DNA of 58,510 nt. Source: a virus. Taxonomy: Duplodnaviria > Caudoviricetes. The stretch lies in the IMG/VR virus record IMGVR_UViG_3300032087_002691, positions 1-58,510 of that record, one strand, 5' to 3'. Below the pieces are notes generated by a model. The model ran no database searches. It was given only the letters and a program-made list of their open reading frames with translations, and had not been told where the DNA came from. The position numbers and the translations under genes are program-made. Below, in pieces: positions 1 to 8,511 of this stretch (position 1 is its first letter; each line of letters starts with the position of its first letter).

Positions 1-61
1 GCCTAGTGATGTGACGACAGTAGTTGCTCAGCAGCCTACACAGACGGTTACTGTTAGTGGG
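1..61. repeat. Left anchor, identical to 57212-57272 (circularity / tail-fibre allele junction)
   Basis: Bases 1-61 match 57212-57272 exactly. First mismatch at 62 (GTG vs TTG), near-identity continues to about 122. Confidence 0.97.
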
Positions 62-1924
62 GTGGTTGCTGGTGCCGCTGGTCCTGCGGGAGCTGATGGA
101 GCTGATGGAGCTGATGGTCAAGGTTTGATTGTAGGTGGCACTGAGAACGAGTTCCTTCAAAAGAATAGCGCAACCGACTACGATACAAAGTGGAGTGCTT
201 ATACTCTGCCTGGCGCAGATGGTGATGATGGTCAAGTCTTAACAACTGACGGTGCGGGTACGGTGTCATTTGCGTTTCCTAAGACCATTGCTGAGGATGT
301 AAAGAACGTGAGCGGAGGGACCCTTAGTAAGGGTACACCAGTACATGTCACTGGCTCTGTAGGTAATCTCGCTGAGGTTATTGCTGCTGACGCAGCCACA
401 AACTATCCAGCTCACTTTGTTCTTAATGAAGATATTGCTGATGATGGAGAGGGTCTGGGTATTGCTCTTGGGTTTATCAACAACGTAGATGTGCCCGATG
501 CCTCTATCTACACAGAGGGACAGACGGTATATCTAGGTGAGACGCCTGGAACATTCACAACAACAAAGCCAACAGGAACAAATGCCATCCAGAACCTTGG
601 GATTATCATCAAGGTGAATACGAGTGGTAATAAGATTTCTGGTATTATTATGGGTGCGGGTCGTTCTAACGACGTACCCAACATACCTAACGGTCAGACT
701 TGGATAGGTAACGCTTCGGGTGTTGCTACACCTACTACGCTGGCTACAGTCGCAACAACGGGGGCTTACTCTGATTTGAGTGGCACGCCAACCATTCCTT
801 CTGGTGACCTTGTGGATGACACAACCCCTCAACTAGGTGGTGACCTTGATGTCAACGGCAACAAGATTACGTCTGCATCTAATGGGGATATTACGATTGA
901 GCCTGACGGAGATGGTGCAATAATCTTCAAGTCTGATAACATTCAGTTTGATGGAGGCGGTACGTTCCAGGGAAAAATTAGACTATATGAGTCTGATGTG
1001 CTGGGTAGCAACTACATTGCACTGGCTGCCCCACTTGGAGTTACTAGTGATATAACATTTACATTCCCAGACGGGGTTGGGTCTAATGGACAGGTTCTTA
1101 GTTCAAATGGGGCTGGAGGGTTTGTTTGGATAACACCATTATCTGAAACAGACCCCGATTTTCAGGGCAACCTTGAAATAAGAAGGTATTCGACGATAGA
1201 AGCACAGCTGTCTCTGTTTGACTACGACAATGACAATTTTATTGGGCTGCGGGCGCCGACCGCATTGACTGCAGACACCGTTTTTATACTCCCTAGCTCT
1301 GACGGCAGTTCAGGTCAAGTTCTTAAAACCGACGGTAGTGGAAACTTGTCGTTCACCTCGGTTGGTACGGTAGGCACAACTGGTACGCCAATCGACAGTC
1401 AGGTTGCTGTATTTACTAATGCAAACACTATTGAGGGAGACGCTAATTTTGCGTGGAACGGTACTAAGCTTACGGTTGCGGGGGAGATGGTTGCTGATAA
1501 GGTTGCCATCAATCAGGTTGGACTAACCTCTGTTGGGGACTTTGGTTCTGGTTCTAGGGTTTTGAGTAGGGTAGGAACGGACACTACTGTTACGGTTGGG
1601 GACGTTTATTACTTAGGCAGTTCGGCATGGATTCAAGCCGACGCAGACGCTGTGTCTACAGCCTCTGGATTGATTGGAGTCGCCGTGGCCTCATCAACAA
1701 ATGATGGGGTTCTTGTTAGCGGAGCCGTTAAGGTTGCAGATAATACTGGGTTTAGTTCATCTGCCGTCGGAACTGTGTTGTATCTTGACACAACTGCGGG
1801 GCACGTAACGGCCACAGCACCGTCTGGAACTGGAGATGTTGTTCGAGTCGTTGGGTATGTTCTTAATGGTAGCAGCGGCATCATTTACTTCGACCCATCT
1901 AAGGATTGGATTGAGCTGTCATGA
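11..1924 (+). CDS. Tail fibre protein, allele A (5'-truncated; true start corresponds to ATG 57162)
   Basis: Collagen-like GADGADG, repeated GQVL(T/K)TDG.G..SF fibre motifs, ATVATTGAYSDL and DTTPQLGGDLDVNG motifs. The frame is open from base 2 and continues the ORF starting at 57162. Confidence 0.9.
   Translation: MTTVVAQQPTQTVTVSGVVAGAAGPAGADGADGADGQGLIVGGTENEFLQKNSATDYDTKWSAYTLPGADGDDGQVLTTDGAGTVSFAFPKTIAEDVKNVSGGTLSKGTPVHVTGSVGNLAEVIAADAATNYPAHFVLNEDIADDGEGLGIALGFINNVDVPDASIYTEGQTVYLGETPGTFTTTKPTGTNAIQNLGIIIKVNTSGNKISGIIMGAGRSNDVPNIPNGQTWIGNASGVATPTTLATVATTGAYSDLSGTPTIPSGDLVDDTTPQLGGDLDVNGNKITSASNGDITIEPDGDGAIIFKSDNIQFDGGGTFQGKIRLYESDVLGSNYIALAAPLGVTSDITFTFPDGVGSNGQVLSSNGAGGFVWITPLSETDPDFQGNLEIRRYSTIEAQLSLFDYDNDNFIGLRAPTALTADTVFILPSSDGSSGQVLKTDGSGNLSFTSVGTVGTTGTPIDSQVAVFTNANTIEGDANFAWNGTKLTVAGEMVADKVAINQVGLTSVGDFGSGSRVLSRVGTDTTVTVGDVYYLGSSAWIQADADAVSTASGLIGVAVASSTNDGVLVSGAVKVADNTGFSSSAVGTVLYLDTTAGHVTATAPSGTGDVVRVVGYVLNGSSGIIYFDPSKDWIELS
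1727..1752. repeat. Right anchor, identical to the last 26 nt of the window (58485-58510)
   Basis: gttaaggttgcagataatactgggtt occurs at both positions in the same frame (VKVADNTG). Confidence 0.95.
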
Positions 1925-2874
1925 GCATAAACAAACTCTCTGGGGTTACTTGGACTGGCATATCTAAGGTTGATGGAGTAGCGGCTTCAGGCATTAGCAA
2001 GGTTGCTGGTGTGGATGCCCCGTCAGTTAGTTATTTTCTTGATACATACCCTAACCCTGTTGCTGCTTACAGTCTACGTAAGCTTTCTTCTACGGCAACG
2101 ACTGCTATAACGGTTGAGAATTCTTCTGGCACAACAGCAGACATAGGTTTTGACTCTAACGGAGACTTAGATACAGCGGCCCTAGCATCTCACTGCGGTA
2201 GTAACTACGGCAGGGTGAGCAAGTGGTGGGACCAGTCTGGGAATGCAAACCACATGGAGCAGTCTACTGCTGCCTCAAGGCCATACATCGCAGACGCCTC
2301 TGGGCATGTAATTACAACAACAACAAATTCTATCCCAGCTCTTGACTTTTACTTTGGCTCAACTGCGAGATGGTTGGAAGATACGTTTGTCACAAACAAT
2401 GGTAGTCAGTTTCTTTTGACATGTTTACTGGAGCTAGGTACCGTGACTGCAACTCAAAACTTTTTCTCTCAATGGACAGCATCACAATCAACCCAGGTTA
2501 TGCAGCTTCAAGGATTGAACACTGCTAATTGGAGAATTATTGCTAGGTATGACAACGCCTCAGCAAACCTTGGTAGAGTTCAAACAAACGCTGCTTTATC
2601 TTTGGGCAATGAGTATATTATAAACAGCTACGTAAGCAACTACGCAGGAGACGTGGATGTAAATGGTGATACTGCAGACACAGACACTGGATTCCCAACG
2701 ACAGGGTCTATAAACAATAGCAGCCTTCTTACTGCTCTCGGAAGAAGGTCTGATAACGGAAACGGCCAGTACCAAGGATTAGCCTCTGAAGTTATTCTTT
2801 GGTCTGACACTACGCTTCCAGATAGAGATAATGTTATGGCTGATATAAACTCTTATTATTCTATATATGCCTAA
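1921..2874 (+). CDS. Tail-associated concanavalin-A/arabinofuranosidase-B-like lectin protein, putative receptor binder
   Basis: AAYSLRKL...DIGF..GDLD...VSKWWDQSGNANH motifs. Translationally coupled (ATGA) to the fibre gene. Confidence 0.75.
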   Translation: MSINKLSGVTWTGISKVDGVAASGISKVAGVDAPSVSYFLDTYPNPVAAYSLRKLSSTATTAITVENSSGTTADIGFDSNGDLDTAALASHCGSNYGRVSKWWDQSGNANHMEQSTAASRPYIADASGHVITTTTNSIPALDFYFGSTARWLEDTFVTNNGSQFLLTCLLELGTVTATQNFFSQWTASQSTQVMQLQGLNTANWRIIARYDNASANLGRVQTNAALSLGNEYIINSYVSNYAGDVDVNGDTADTDTGFPTTGSINNSSLLTALGRRSDNGNGQYQGLASEVILWSDTTLPDRDNVMADINSYYSIYA

Positions 2875-3092
2875 GACAGCAACAGACACGGGTAATAAAA
2901 TAACCTCTGGATACGCTTTGGTTATTGATAATATTGAAGAATACTTTGAGACTATTCAGGGTGCCGTGAACTGGGCTAAAGCGGGCAACATTAATGATGT
3001 TGTTTTTTTTTACGGACCCATCAATAACAGACCAAGAAAAGGCTGACGATTTACTCTACGGCGACGGTATGGCCTACTCTGACAGTCTTTAA
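2867..3092 (+). CDS. Small protein interrupted at a T9 tract (59 aa as read; about 74 aa if T8)
   Basis: ATG 2867 reads to TGA 3044-3046. Removing one T from 3003-3011 gives ...FFTDPSITDQEKADDLLYGDGMAYSDSL* ending at 3092. Confidence 0.55.
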
Positions 3093-3100
3093 TATATTTG
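3093..3100 (+). promoter_or_regulatory. Bacteroidota housekeeping-sigma -7 element TATATTTG, leaderless geometry
   Basis: TAnnTTTG followed by 4 nt and ATG 3105. Confidence 0.75.
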
Positions 3101-3104
3101 CATT

Positions 3105-3395
3105 ATGGCTGATGCATCTAAAGTAAAAAAGATGTTAAAGAGGTATGGACTCTCTGGGGTAAACAAACCCAAGAGAACTCCGTCACACCCTAAAAAATCT
3201 CACGTTGTTCTAGCTAAGGTTGGTGATAAGGTTAAGCTTATCCGCTTTGGCGAGCAGGGGGCAGATACAGTCACAGAGTCCAATCCTACGGGAGCACGTA
3301 AGAAGAAGCAGGACTCGTTCAAAGCTCGTCACGCAAAAAACATTGCTAAAGGAAAGATGAGCGCGGCCTACTGGGCTAACAAAGTAAAATGGTAA
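3105..3395 (+). CDS. Small basic conserved phage protein (DUF5754-like)
   Basis: Lys-rich, with IRFGEQG...SFKARH...SAAYWA motifs common in marine phage structural modules. Confidence 0.7.
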   Translation: MADASKVKKMLKRYGLSGVNKPKRTPSHPKKSHVVLAKVGDKVKLIRFGEQGADTVTESNPTGARKKKQDSFKARHAKNIAKGKMSAAYWANKVKW

Positions 3396-3408
3396 TTAAA
3401 TACAAATC

Positions 3409-4533
3409 ATGAAAGATTTAGAAACAGCGATGTCGGAAGCAGGCTTCACTATTAGTGATGACGCACCGACGCAAGAAACATCTCAGGAAAATGTACAAAA
3501 TCAAGAGCAAGCTCAACAAAGTACTGCTCCTGTTGAGGACGTCGCTCCTCAGCCTGAGAGACAACCTTCTCCTGAACCTGAGCTGGTGGCTCAACCGCCA
3601 GTCCAACAAACTCAGGACCCGTATTATACGCAGGCGCAGAAGGTAACACAACAAGAAAATTTCTCCGAGTCCGAACTCGAAAATGAAGTATTGAGGTATA
3701 TGAGCGAAAGGCTCGGCTCTCAGTACGACAGCTTCGACTCGTTCAAAGAGAGTTTAAATAAAGCTTCGCTTGAAATCGACGAGCGTGTAGCTGCAATCAA
3801 CAACTTTGTCCGTGAGACAGGACGGAGCCCAGAAGATTGGTATGCATATCAACGGCTTAATACATCCGAAATGGATGACCTTACCGCTGTGCGCAACCAG
3901 ATGAAGATGGAACATGCAAACCTCAGCAGTGAGGAAGTTGACATGCTCATCGGAAACAAGTACAAACTGGACCCCGACCTAAACACCGAGCAGGATGTTA
4001 AGATGGCGCAGCTTCAACTTAAGATGGATGCGGAGCAGGCACGTCGTTCCCTTGAGGATATTCGTAGTAAATACGAAGCCCCTGAAGTTCAGAGCAACGA
4101 GCCACAATCTTTTATAACTGATGAGTGGGTTTCCACGATGAGAAAAGAAGTCAATAGTCTTGACGGACTTGTGTTTGGCTTACCTAACGGTTCGCAGTTC
4201 ACCTACGGGTTGAACAACAAGTACAAGGATTCTCTCATTGAAAAGAACTCTCGTCTTGACTACTATTTCGACGACTACATCAACAGCTCAGGGGACTGGA
4301 ACTTTGATAAGCTCAGTTCTCACAGAGCGCTCATTGACAACATCGACGAAATTGTTTCTTCTGTATACAGGCAGGGGGTTAGCGACGGACAACGAAAGGT
4401 TGTTCAAACCGCTGGCAATGTATCTACGGATACTAGACCTCAGCAGAGCATTCAGCAGAACACATCTAGTAGACTTGAGGAACAGCTCAGGGAGGCATTC
4501 GGAGGTAATAATGGATTGACTTTCAAATTCTAA
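3409..4533 (+). CDS. Putative capsid scaffolding protein
   Basis: Acidic, disordered N-terminus, coiled-coil body, directly upstream of the major capsid gene. Confidence 0.65.
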   Translation: MKDLETAMSEAGFTISDDAPTQETSQENVQNQEQAQQSTAPVEDVAPQPERQPSPEPELVAQPPVQQTQDPYYTQAQKVTQQENFSESELENEVLRYMSERLGSQYDSFDSFKESLNKASLEIDERVAAINNFVRETGRSPEDWYAYQRLNTSEMDDLTAVRNQMKMEHANLSSEEVDMLIGNKYKLDPDLNTEQDVKMAQLQLKMDAEQARRSLEDIRSKYEAPEVQSNEPQSFITDEWVSTMRKEVNSLDGLVFGLPNGSQFTYGLNNKYKDSLIEKNSRLDYYFDDYINSSGDWNFDKLSSHRALIDNIDEIVSSVYRQGVSDGQRKVVQTAGNVSTDTRPQQSIQQNTSSRLEEQLREAFGGNNGLTFKF

Positions 4534-4552
4534 CGCCTAAAAAAAAGAAATC

Positions 4553-6001
4553 ATGGCTATTACGGTTACAAACAACGGAGGTAACCCAGGTCCTAAAGGG
4601 ATTAACAACTCCGTATTTAACAGACTAGACCCAACGAAGTACACTTCGTTGCACGACTTTATCGACGAGGTAAACGCTCCAGACATCAGAGCCAACCTCA
4701 TCAAAACTTTCGGTGACCAGGGTATCACTGGCTTTCTGAAGCTCACAGGTGCTGTCAACAGCGCAGGTACTGCAGACGAAGTCACGTACTGGGAAGAAGC
4801 TAGACTCCACCAGTTGCAATCTTGTGACGCTGACGGTGGCGGTTCTGCTATTGCCGCTGGAACGACTGAAGTCACTATTGATGGCATGCATGCTCAAGGG
4901 GGTTCTGGATATGATTCAGATGCTGAGGATGCTACTGTAAAGGCTCTCGTAGTTCGTAAGGGTGATATCGTTTTGCTCAATGGCGCTGACCGCTTCATTG
5001 TTTCAACGGTAACTATTAACTCTACTACAGGTGTTGCTTCTGCAGAACTTCACTCATTGGTTTCTGGAGGTACTTCCGCAGAGATTGCTGACAATGCCGC
5101 TCTTTCATTGCCAATCGTTGGTAATATGTTTGAGCAGGGCACTGACCAGCCAGACCGCTACTTGGAGTCTAACGTTGTTAAGAGAACCAACCCATACGCT
5201 ATCGTTAAGGAGGTGTACAAGGTTACTGGTTCACAGGCAACGAACATCGGCTACGTTGACCTCGGAGGAGGTGACTACAGATGGTACTTGAAGGGTGAGG
5301 GTGATACTCGTCAGCGCTTTATGGATAAGCGTGAGATGACTCTCTTGCTTGGACAGAAAGTCACCAACACTACTGATACTGAGGTTGCATCTATCGACGG
5401 TACTGAAGGTTACTTCGCCGCCTTGGAGGACAGAGGTATGGTTACTTCTGACTTGATTGGCGCCACTACCACCGACTTCGGTGATATTGATGCGCTCATC
5501 ACGCAGATGGATAAGCAGGGATGTCCAGCTGAATACGCTATCTACGCTAACACTGCTCAGATGTTGGCCTTGGATAACATGTTGGCTAACGGTGGTACAG
5601 CAGCCTCAACATCAGGTTTGGCAGCTAACTACGGTGCATTCAACAACGATAAGGACATGGCGTTGAACTTGGGATTCCAGTCATTTGCTAGAGGTGGATA
5701 CACCTTCCACAAGCACAGCTGGAAGCTCTTGAACGACCCAACCTTGTTGGCTGGTTCAGACTACAAAGGTGTTTGCATTCCTTTGGCTAACGTAACTGAC
5801 GCTAGAACTGGTACGAAGGCTCCAGCATTGGAGATGAACTACAAGGCTGCGGGAGGTTACAGCAGAGAAATGGAGCACTGGGTAACTGGTGGTGGAGTTC
5901 TCGGATTCAACAACAACGGTAAGGACGTTGCTGAGTTCAACTACCGCTCAGAGTGCAACTTGATTACTCGCGCTGCAAACCAGCACGTATTGATTAAGTA
6001 A
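4553..6001 (+). CDS. Major capsid protein
   Basis: 482 aa, strongly biased codons, crAss-like MCP features (W.EEARLH, LNLGF.SF.RGGYTFHK..WK.LND, YRSECNL). Followed by a hairpin. Confidence 0.88.
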   Translation: MAITVTNNGGNPGPKGINNSVFNRLDPTKYTSLHDFIDEVNAPDIRANLIKTFGDQGITGFLKLTGAVNSAGTADEVTYWEEARLHQLQSCDADGGGSAIAAGTTEVTIDGMHAQGGSGYDSDAEDATVKALVVRKGDIVLLNGADRFIVSTVTINSTTGVASAELHSLVSGGTSAEIADNAALSLPIVGNMFEQGTDQPDRYLESNVVKRTNPYAIVKEVYKVTGSQATNIGYVDLGGGDYRWYLKGEGDTRQRFMDKREMTLLLGQKVTNTTDTEVASIDGTEGYFAALEDRGMVTSDLIGATTTDFGDIDALITQMDKQGCPAEYAIYANTAQMLALDNMLANGGTAASTSGLAANYGAFNNDKDMALNLGFQSFARGGYTFHKHSWKLLNDPTLLAGSDYKGVCIPLANVTDARTGTKAPALEMNYKAAGGYSREMEHWVTGGGVLGFNNNGKDVAEFNYRSECNLITRAANQHVLIK

Positions 6002-6015
6002 TCTGATTTGTAATT

Positions 6016-6046
6016 GGGAGGGGAGAAAGGCTCTCCTCCCTCTTAC
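6016..6046 (+). terminator. Hairpin after the capsid gene (terminator or RNA stabiliser)
   Basis: gggaggggag-aaagg-ctctcctccc 10-bp stem with a pyrimidine tail. Confidence 0.7.
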
Positions 6047-6069
6047 TTCTGACAATAAAATTTATTATC

Positions 6070-6906
6070 ATGGAAAATCAAACTGTTAAGAGAGGGCGTC
6101 CAGCTAAGTCTGCGCCTAAGGTGGCTGTTGAGACGGCTGCTCCGAAGGCATCGAAGCCTTCAATCAAAAGAAGTATTCCTAATGAGGAAAATCGCCCGTC
6201 AGCGTTTGTCACTGTTAACGGCGCAGGCGGTATCGTACTTAAACTCAGAAACTCAGGGCTGTCGTACTACGACCCCGAAACGAAGCAGGTTAGACAGATT
6301 AGATATGCTCCACTAGAGCCATCTGTTTTTGTTGATGAGCAATCAGCCTCTCCCGTTATTGAGCAAGTCTTTATGTATGACAAGATGCTCGTCGTGCCTC
6401 TTGAGAAGCCAAACTTGAAAAGATTCTTGGAGCTTCACCCAGACAACCAGGCTAATGGCGGCACAGTATTTAAAGCTCTTGACAACAAGAAGCCAAAGGT
6501 TGATGAGGTCAACAACGAGTTCTTGATTCACGATGCCGTTAGCATTGTTAAGAGCAAGAGCGTGTCTGACTTGTTGCCACTGGCTATGGCTTTGAAGATT
6601 AACATCGACCAAGACGACCTGTCTGTTAAGCGCGACATGGTGCGTTACGCTCGAAGGAATCCACAGAAGTTTCTCGACATGACAACCAACCCATTGGTTG
6701 AGGTAAGAAGCTCTACGTCCCAAGCATTTGACTTCAATATCGTTAGATACAACGGAGGTGCTATTGTTTGGTACGACACGAACAAGGTTATTGTCACAGT
6801 ACCTACGGGGCAAGATGCTTCAGAAACTCTTGCTAGATACTGCATGACAGACCAGGGAAGTTCTGTACTTTCCGAAATAGATAGGCAGCTTGCAGAGATT
6901 GCCTGA
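6070..6906 (+). CDS. Conserved structural/assembly protein downstream of MCP
   Basis: IRY...SVFVDEQ and FLELHP.N motifs. Position is typical of this phage group. Confidence 0.65.
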   Translation: MENQTVKRGRPAKSAPKVAVETAAPKASKPSIKRSIPNEENRPSAFVTVNGAGGIVLKLRNSGLSYYDPETKQVRQIRYAPLEPSVFVDEQSASPVIEQVFMYDKMLVVPLEKPNLKRFLELHPDNQANGGTVFKALDNKKPKVDEVNNEFLIHDAVSIVKSKSVSDLLPLAMALKINIDQDDLSVKRDMVRYARRNPQKFLDMTTNPLVEVRSSTSQAFDFNIVRYNGGAIVWYDTNKVIVTVPTGQDASETLARYCMTDQGSSVLSEIDRQLAEIA

Positions 6907-6924
6907 CATCGCGTGTGAGGCAGT

Positions 6925-6960
6925 AAGGGGGAGTGGCCGAAAGGCCCTCCCCTTTTTCTT
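6925..6960 (+). terminator. Rho-independent terminator
   Basis: aaggggga-g-t-ggcc-GAAA-ggcc-ctcccctttttctt: GNRA-loop stem plus U tract. Confidence 0.88.
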
Positions 6961-6968
6961 TATATTTG
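6961..6968 (+). promoter_or_regulatory. TATATTTG -7 element for the tail operon
   Basis: Immediately after the terminator, 20 nt before ATG 6989. Confidence 0.7.
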
Positions 6969-6988
6969 CTTAGCCCAAAACAATCGAA

Positions 6989-7708
6989 ATGATAAGCGTT
7001 AAGAGAATATATGAAGTGTTGAAAGACCTCGCCAATAAAGAGCAGCGGGGCTTTGTTAGCCCGTCAGAGTTCAACACGATGGCTCCTATCGCTCAGACCG
7101 CAGTGTACAATGCTATGTGGGCAGAAGCCGTAGGGGTTCAACAGCTGGTTTCTACAGGGAGGGACGGTCAGAGGGCGATGTCTAAGGAGAGAGATGTTAA
7201 GGAGGATTTGGCTGCATACCTCAGGTCGGAGACACTGGACAGACAGAGTGACTTTAAGTTTCTTTTCCCAGACGACTACTACAAGATTGCATCTGCAAAA
7301 ACGTATGGGGATGTGCTTATGAATACTGTGACATCAATTCCTATTGAGTTGGTATACGATGTACATAAGCTTGACTACATGTTGCAGAGCCCGCTATCCG
7401 CGCCCACTGCGACCAAGCCAGTAGCCTTCGTTGCAGATAAGATTGAACTCTATCCTAAGTCTATCAGAAAGATTGACTTGAGATACTATAAGATACCTGA
7501 GGGCGTTACTACAGCGGGTGTATCGTCTACGTCACAGCCTCAGTACAACTTTAATACTATCGGAGGTGATGAAGTCTTTGATGCATCTACTAGCATCAAC
7601 TTTGAGTTGCCAGAAGACAGGGAGGATATGCTCGTCGTTGAGCTTGCTGGCATGATTGGCACAGCGCTAAGGGATGCAGCACTCGTTAACTATGGAAGAC
7701 AAAAGTAA
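6989..7708 (+). CDS. Tail ring/adaptor (tubular protein A-like)
   Basis: LANKEQRGF.SP.EFN N-terminus and Y...P...FELP C-terminus resemble crAss-like ring proteins. Synteny agrees. Confidence 0.7.
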   Translation: MISVKRIYEVLKDLANKEQRGFVSPSEFNTMAPIAQTAVYNAMWAEAVGVQQLVSTGRDGQRAMSKERDVKEDLAAYLRSETLDRQSDFKFLFPDDYYKIASAKTYGDVLMNTVTSIPIELVYDVHKLDYMLQSPLSAPTATKPVAFVADKIELYPKSIRKIDLRYYKIPEGVTTAGVSSTSQPQYNFNTIGGDEVFDASTSINFELPEDREDMLVVELAGMIGTALRDAALVNYGRQK

Positions 7709-8511
7709 TGGCACGTAATCTAGTAACAGTATCAGAAGTTGTAAGTGACTTCATCATGTCTCTAGAGGGTGATGATTTCGCAAAAAACATATCAGATACT
7801 CTGGTTCACAACTACGCTCTTCGCGGCATTCGCGAGATGGGCTTTGACGTATTGCAGAGGGTACAGTCTATCAAGCTGACAAAGAACAGCAACGACACTG
7901 TAGACCTGCCAGATGATTTTGTATCTCTTGTTAAGGTTGGGGTTATCGGTTCCGATGGTCTGCTTTACGTGCTCGGTGAGAACAAGAACATCAACATGTC
8001 TCGCAAGTACAAGACGACTGCGGGAGGCACTTTGATTGACAGCGACGGAGATGGTGTTTATGACAGGGAGGACGCTAAGGGTTCTCCTAGCAGCGCAAGA
8101 GACCTTGACGACCATGTAGTCTTCAACAACTACATCTATCAAAACAATGTAGGGCAGCTGTACGGCTTCGGCGGTGGTAAGTATAGAGGGGAGTACAGAA
8201 TGAACTACGAGCAGAACAGAATCGAGCTTGCTCTTGACAGCGGATACAGCGAGATTGTTATTGAATACATCGCTGATGAGGCACGTAGCGAGAACCCAAC
8301 AGTTCATGTCATGGCTGAGGAGGCTCTCAGAGCATATATCTATTACAAGATTATAGAGCGAAAGAGCAGCGTTCCAGGCAACGAAAAGGCTAGAGCTAGG
8401 GCTGAGTACTTTAACGAGCTTAGAAGGGCTAATTCGCGCTTAAAATCATTCAGTAAGGAGGATGCTCTGCAGGTTATTCGTAAGAACTTCAAACAAGCTC
8501 CTAAGTACTGA
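7708..8511 (+). CDS. Second tail ring/tubular protein
   Basis: LPDDFV..VKVG and EYIAD...P.VH..AEEAL..YI motifs. Coupled to neighbours. Confidence 0.7.
   Translation: MARNLVTVSEVVSDFIMSLEGDDFAKNISDTLVHNYALRGIREMGFDVLQRVQSIKLTKNSNDTVDLPDDFVSLVKVGVIGSDGLLYVLGENKNINMSRKYKTTAGGTLIDSDGDGVYDREDAKGSPSSARDLDDHVVFNNYIYQNNVGQLYGFGGGKYRGEYRMNYEQNRIELALDSGYSEIVIEYIADEARSENPTVHVMAEEALRAYIYYKIIERKSSVPGNEKARARAEYFNELRRANSRLKSFSKEDALQVIRKNFKQAPKY

Noticed and set aside
1-1752. Diversity-generating retroelement or invertible shufflon explaining the two fibre copies
   Set aside because: No reverse transcriptase or site-specific invertase is visible. The copies are in direct orientation and differ by whole modules and at all four bases, not only adenines.
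8035-8075. DSDGD motif suggesting a polymerase active site
   Set aside because: It lies in a loop of a tail ring protein (IDSDGDGVYDRED) and looks like a Ca-binding turn.
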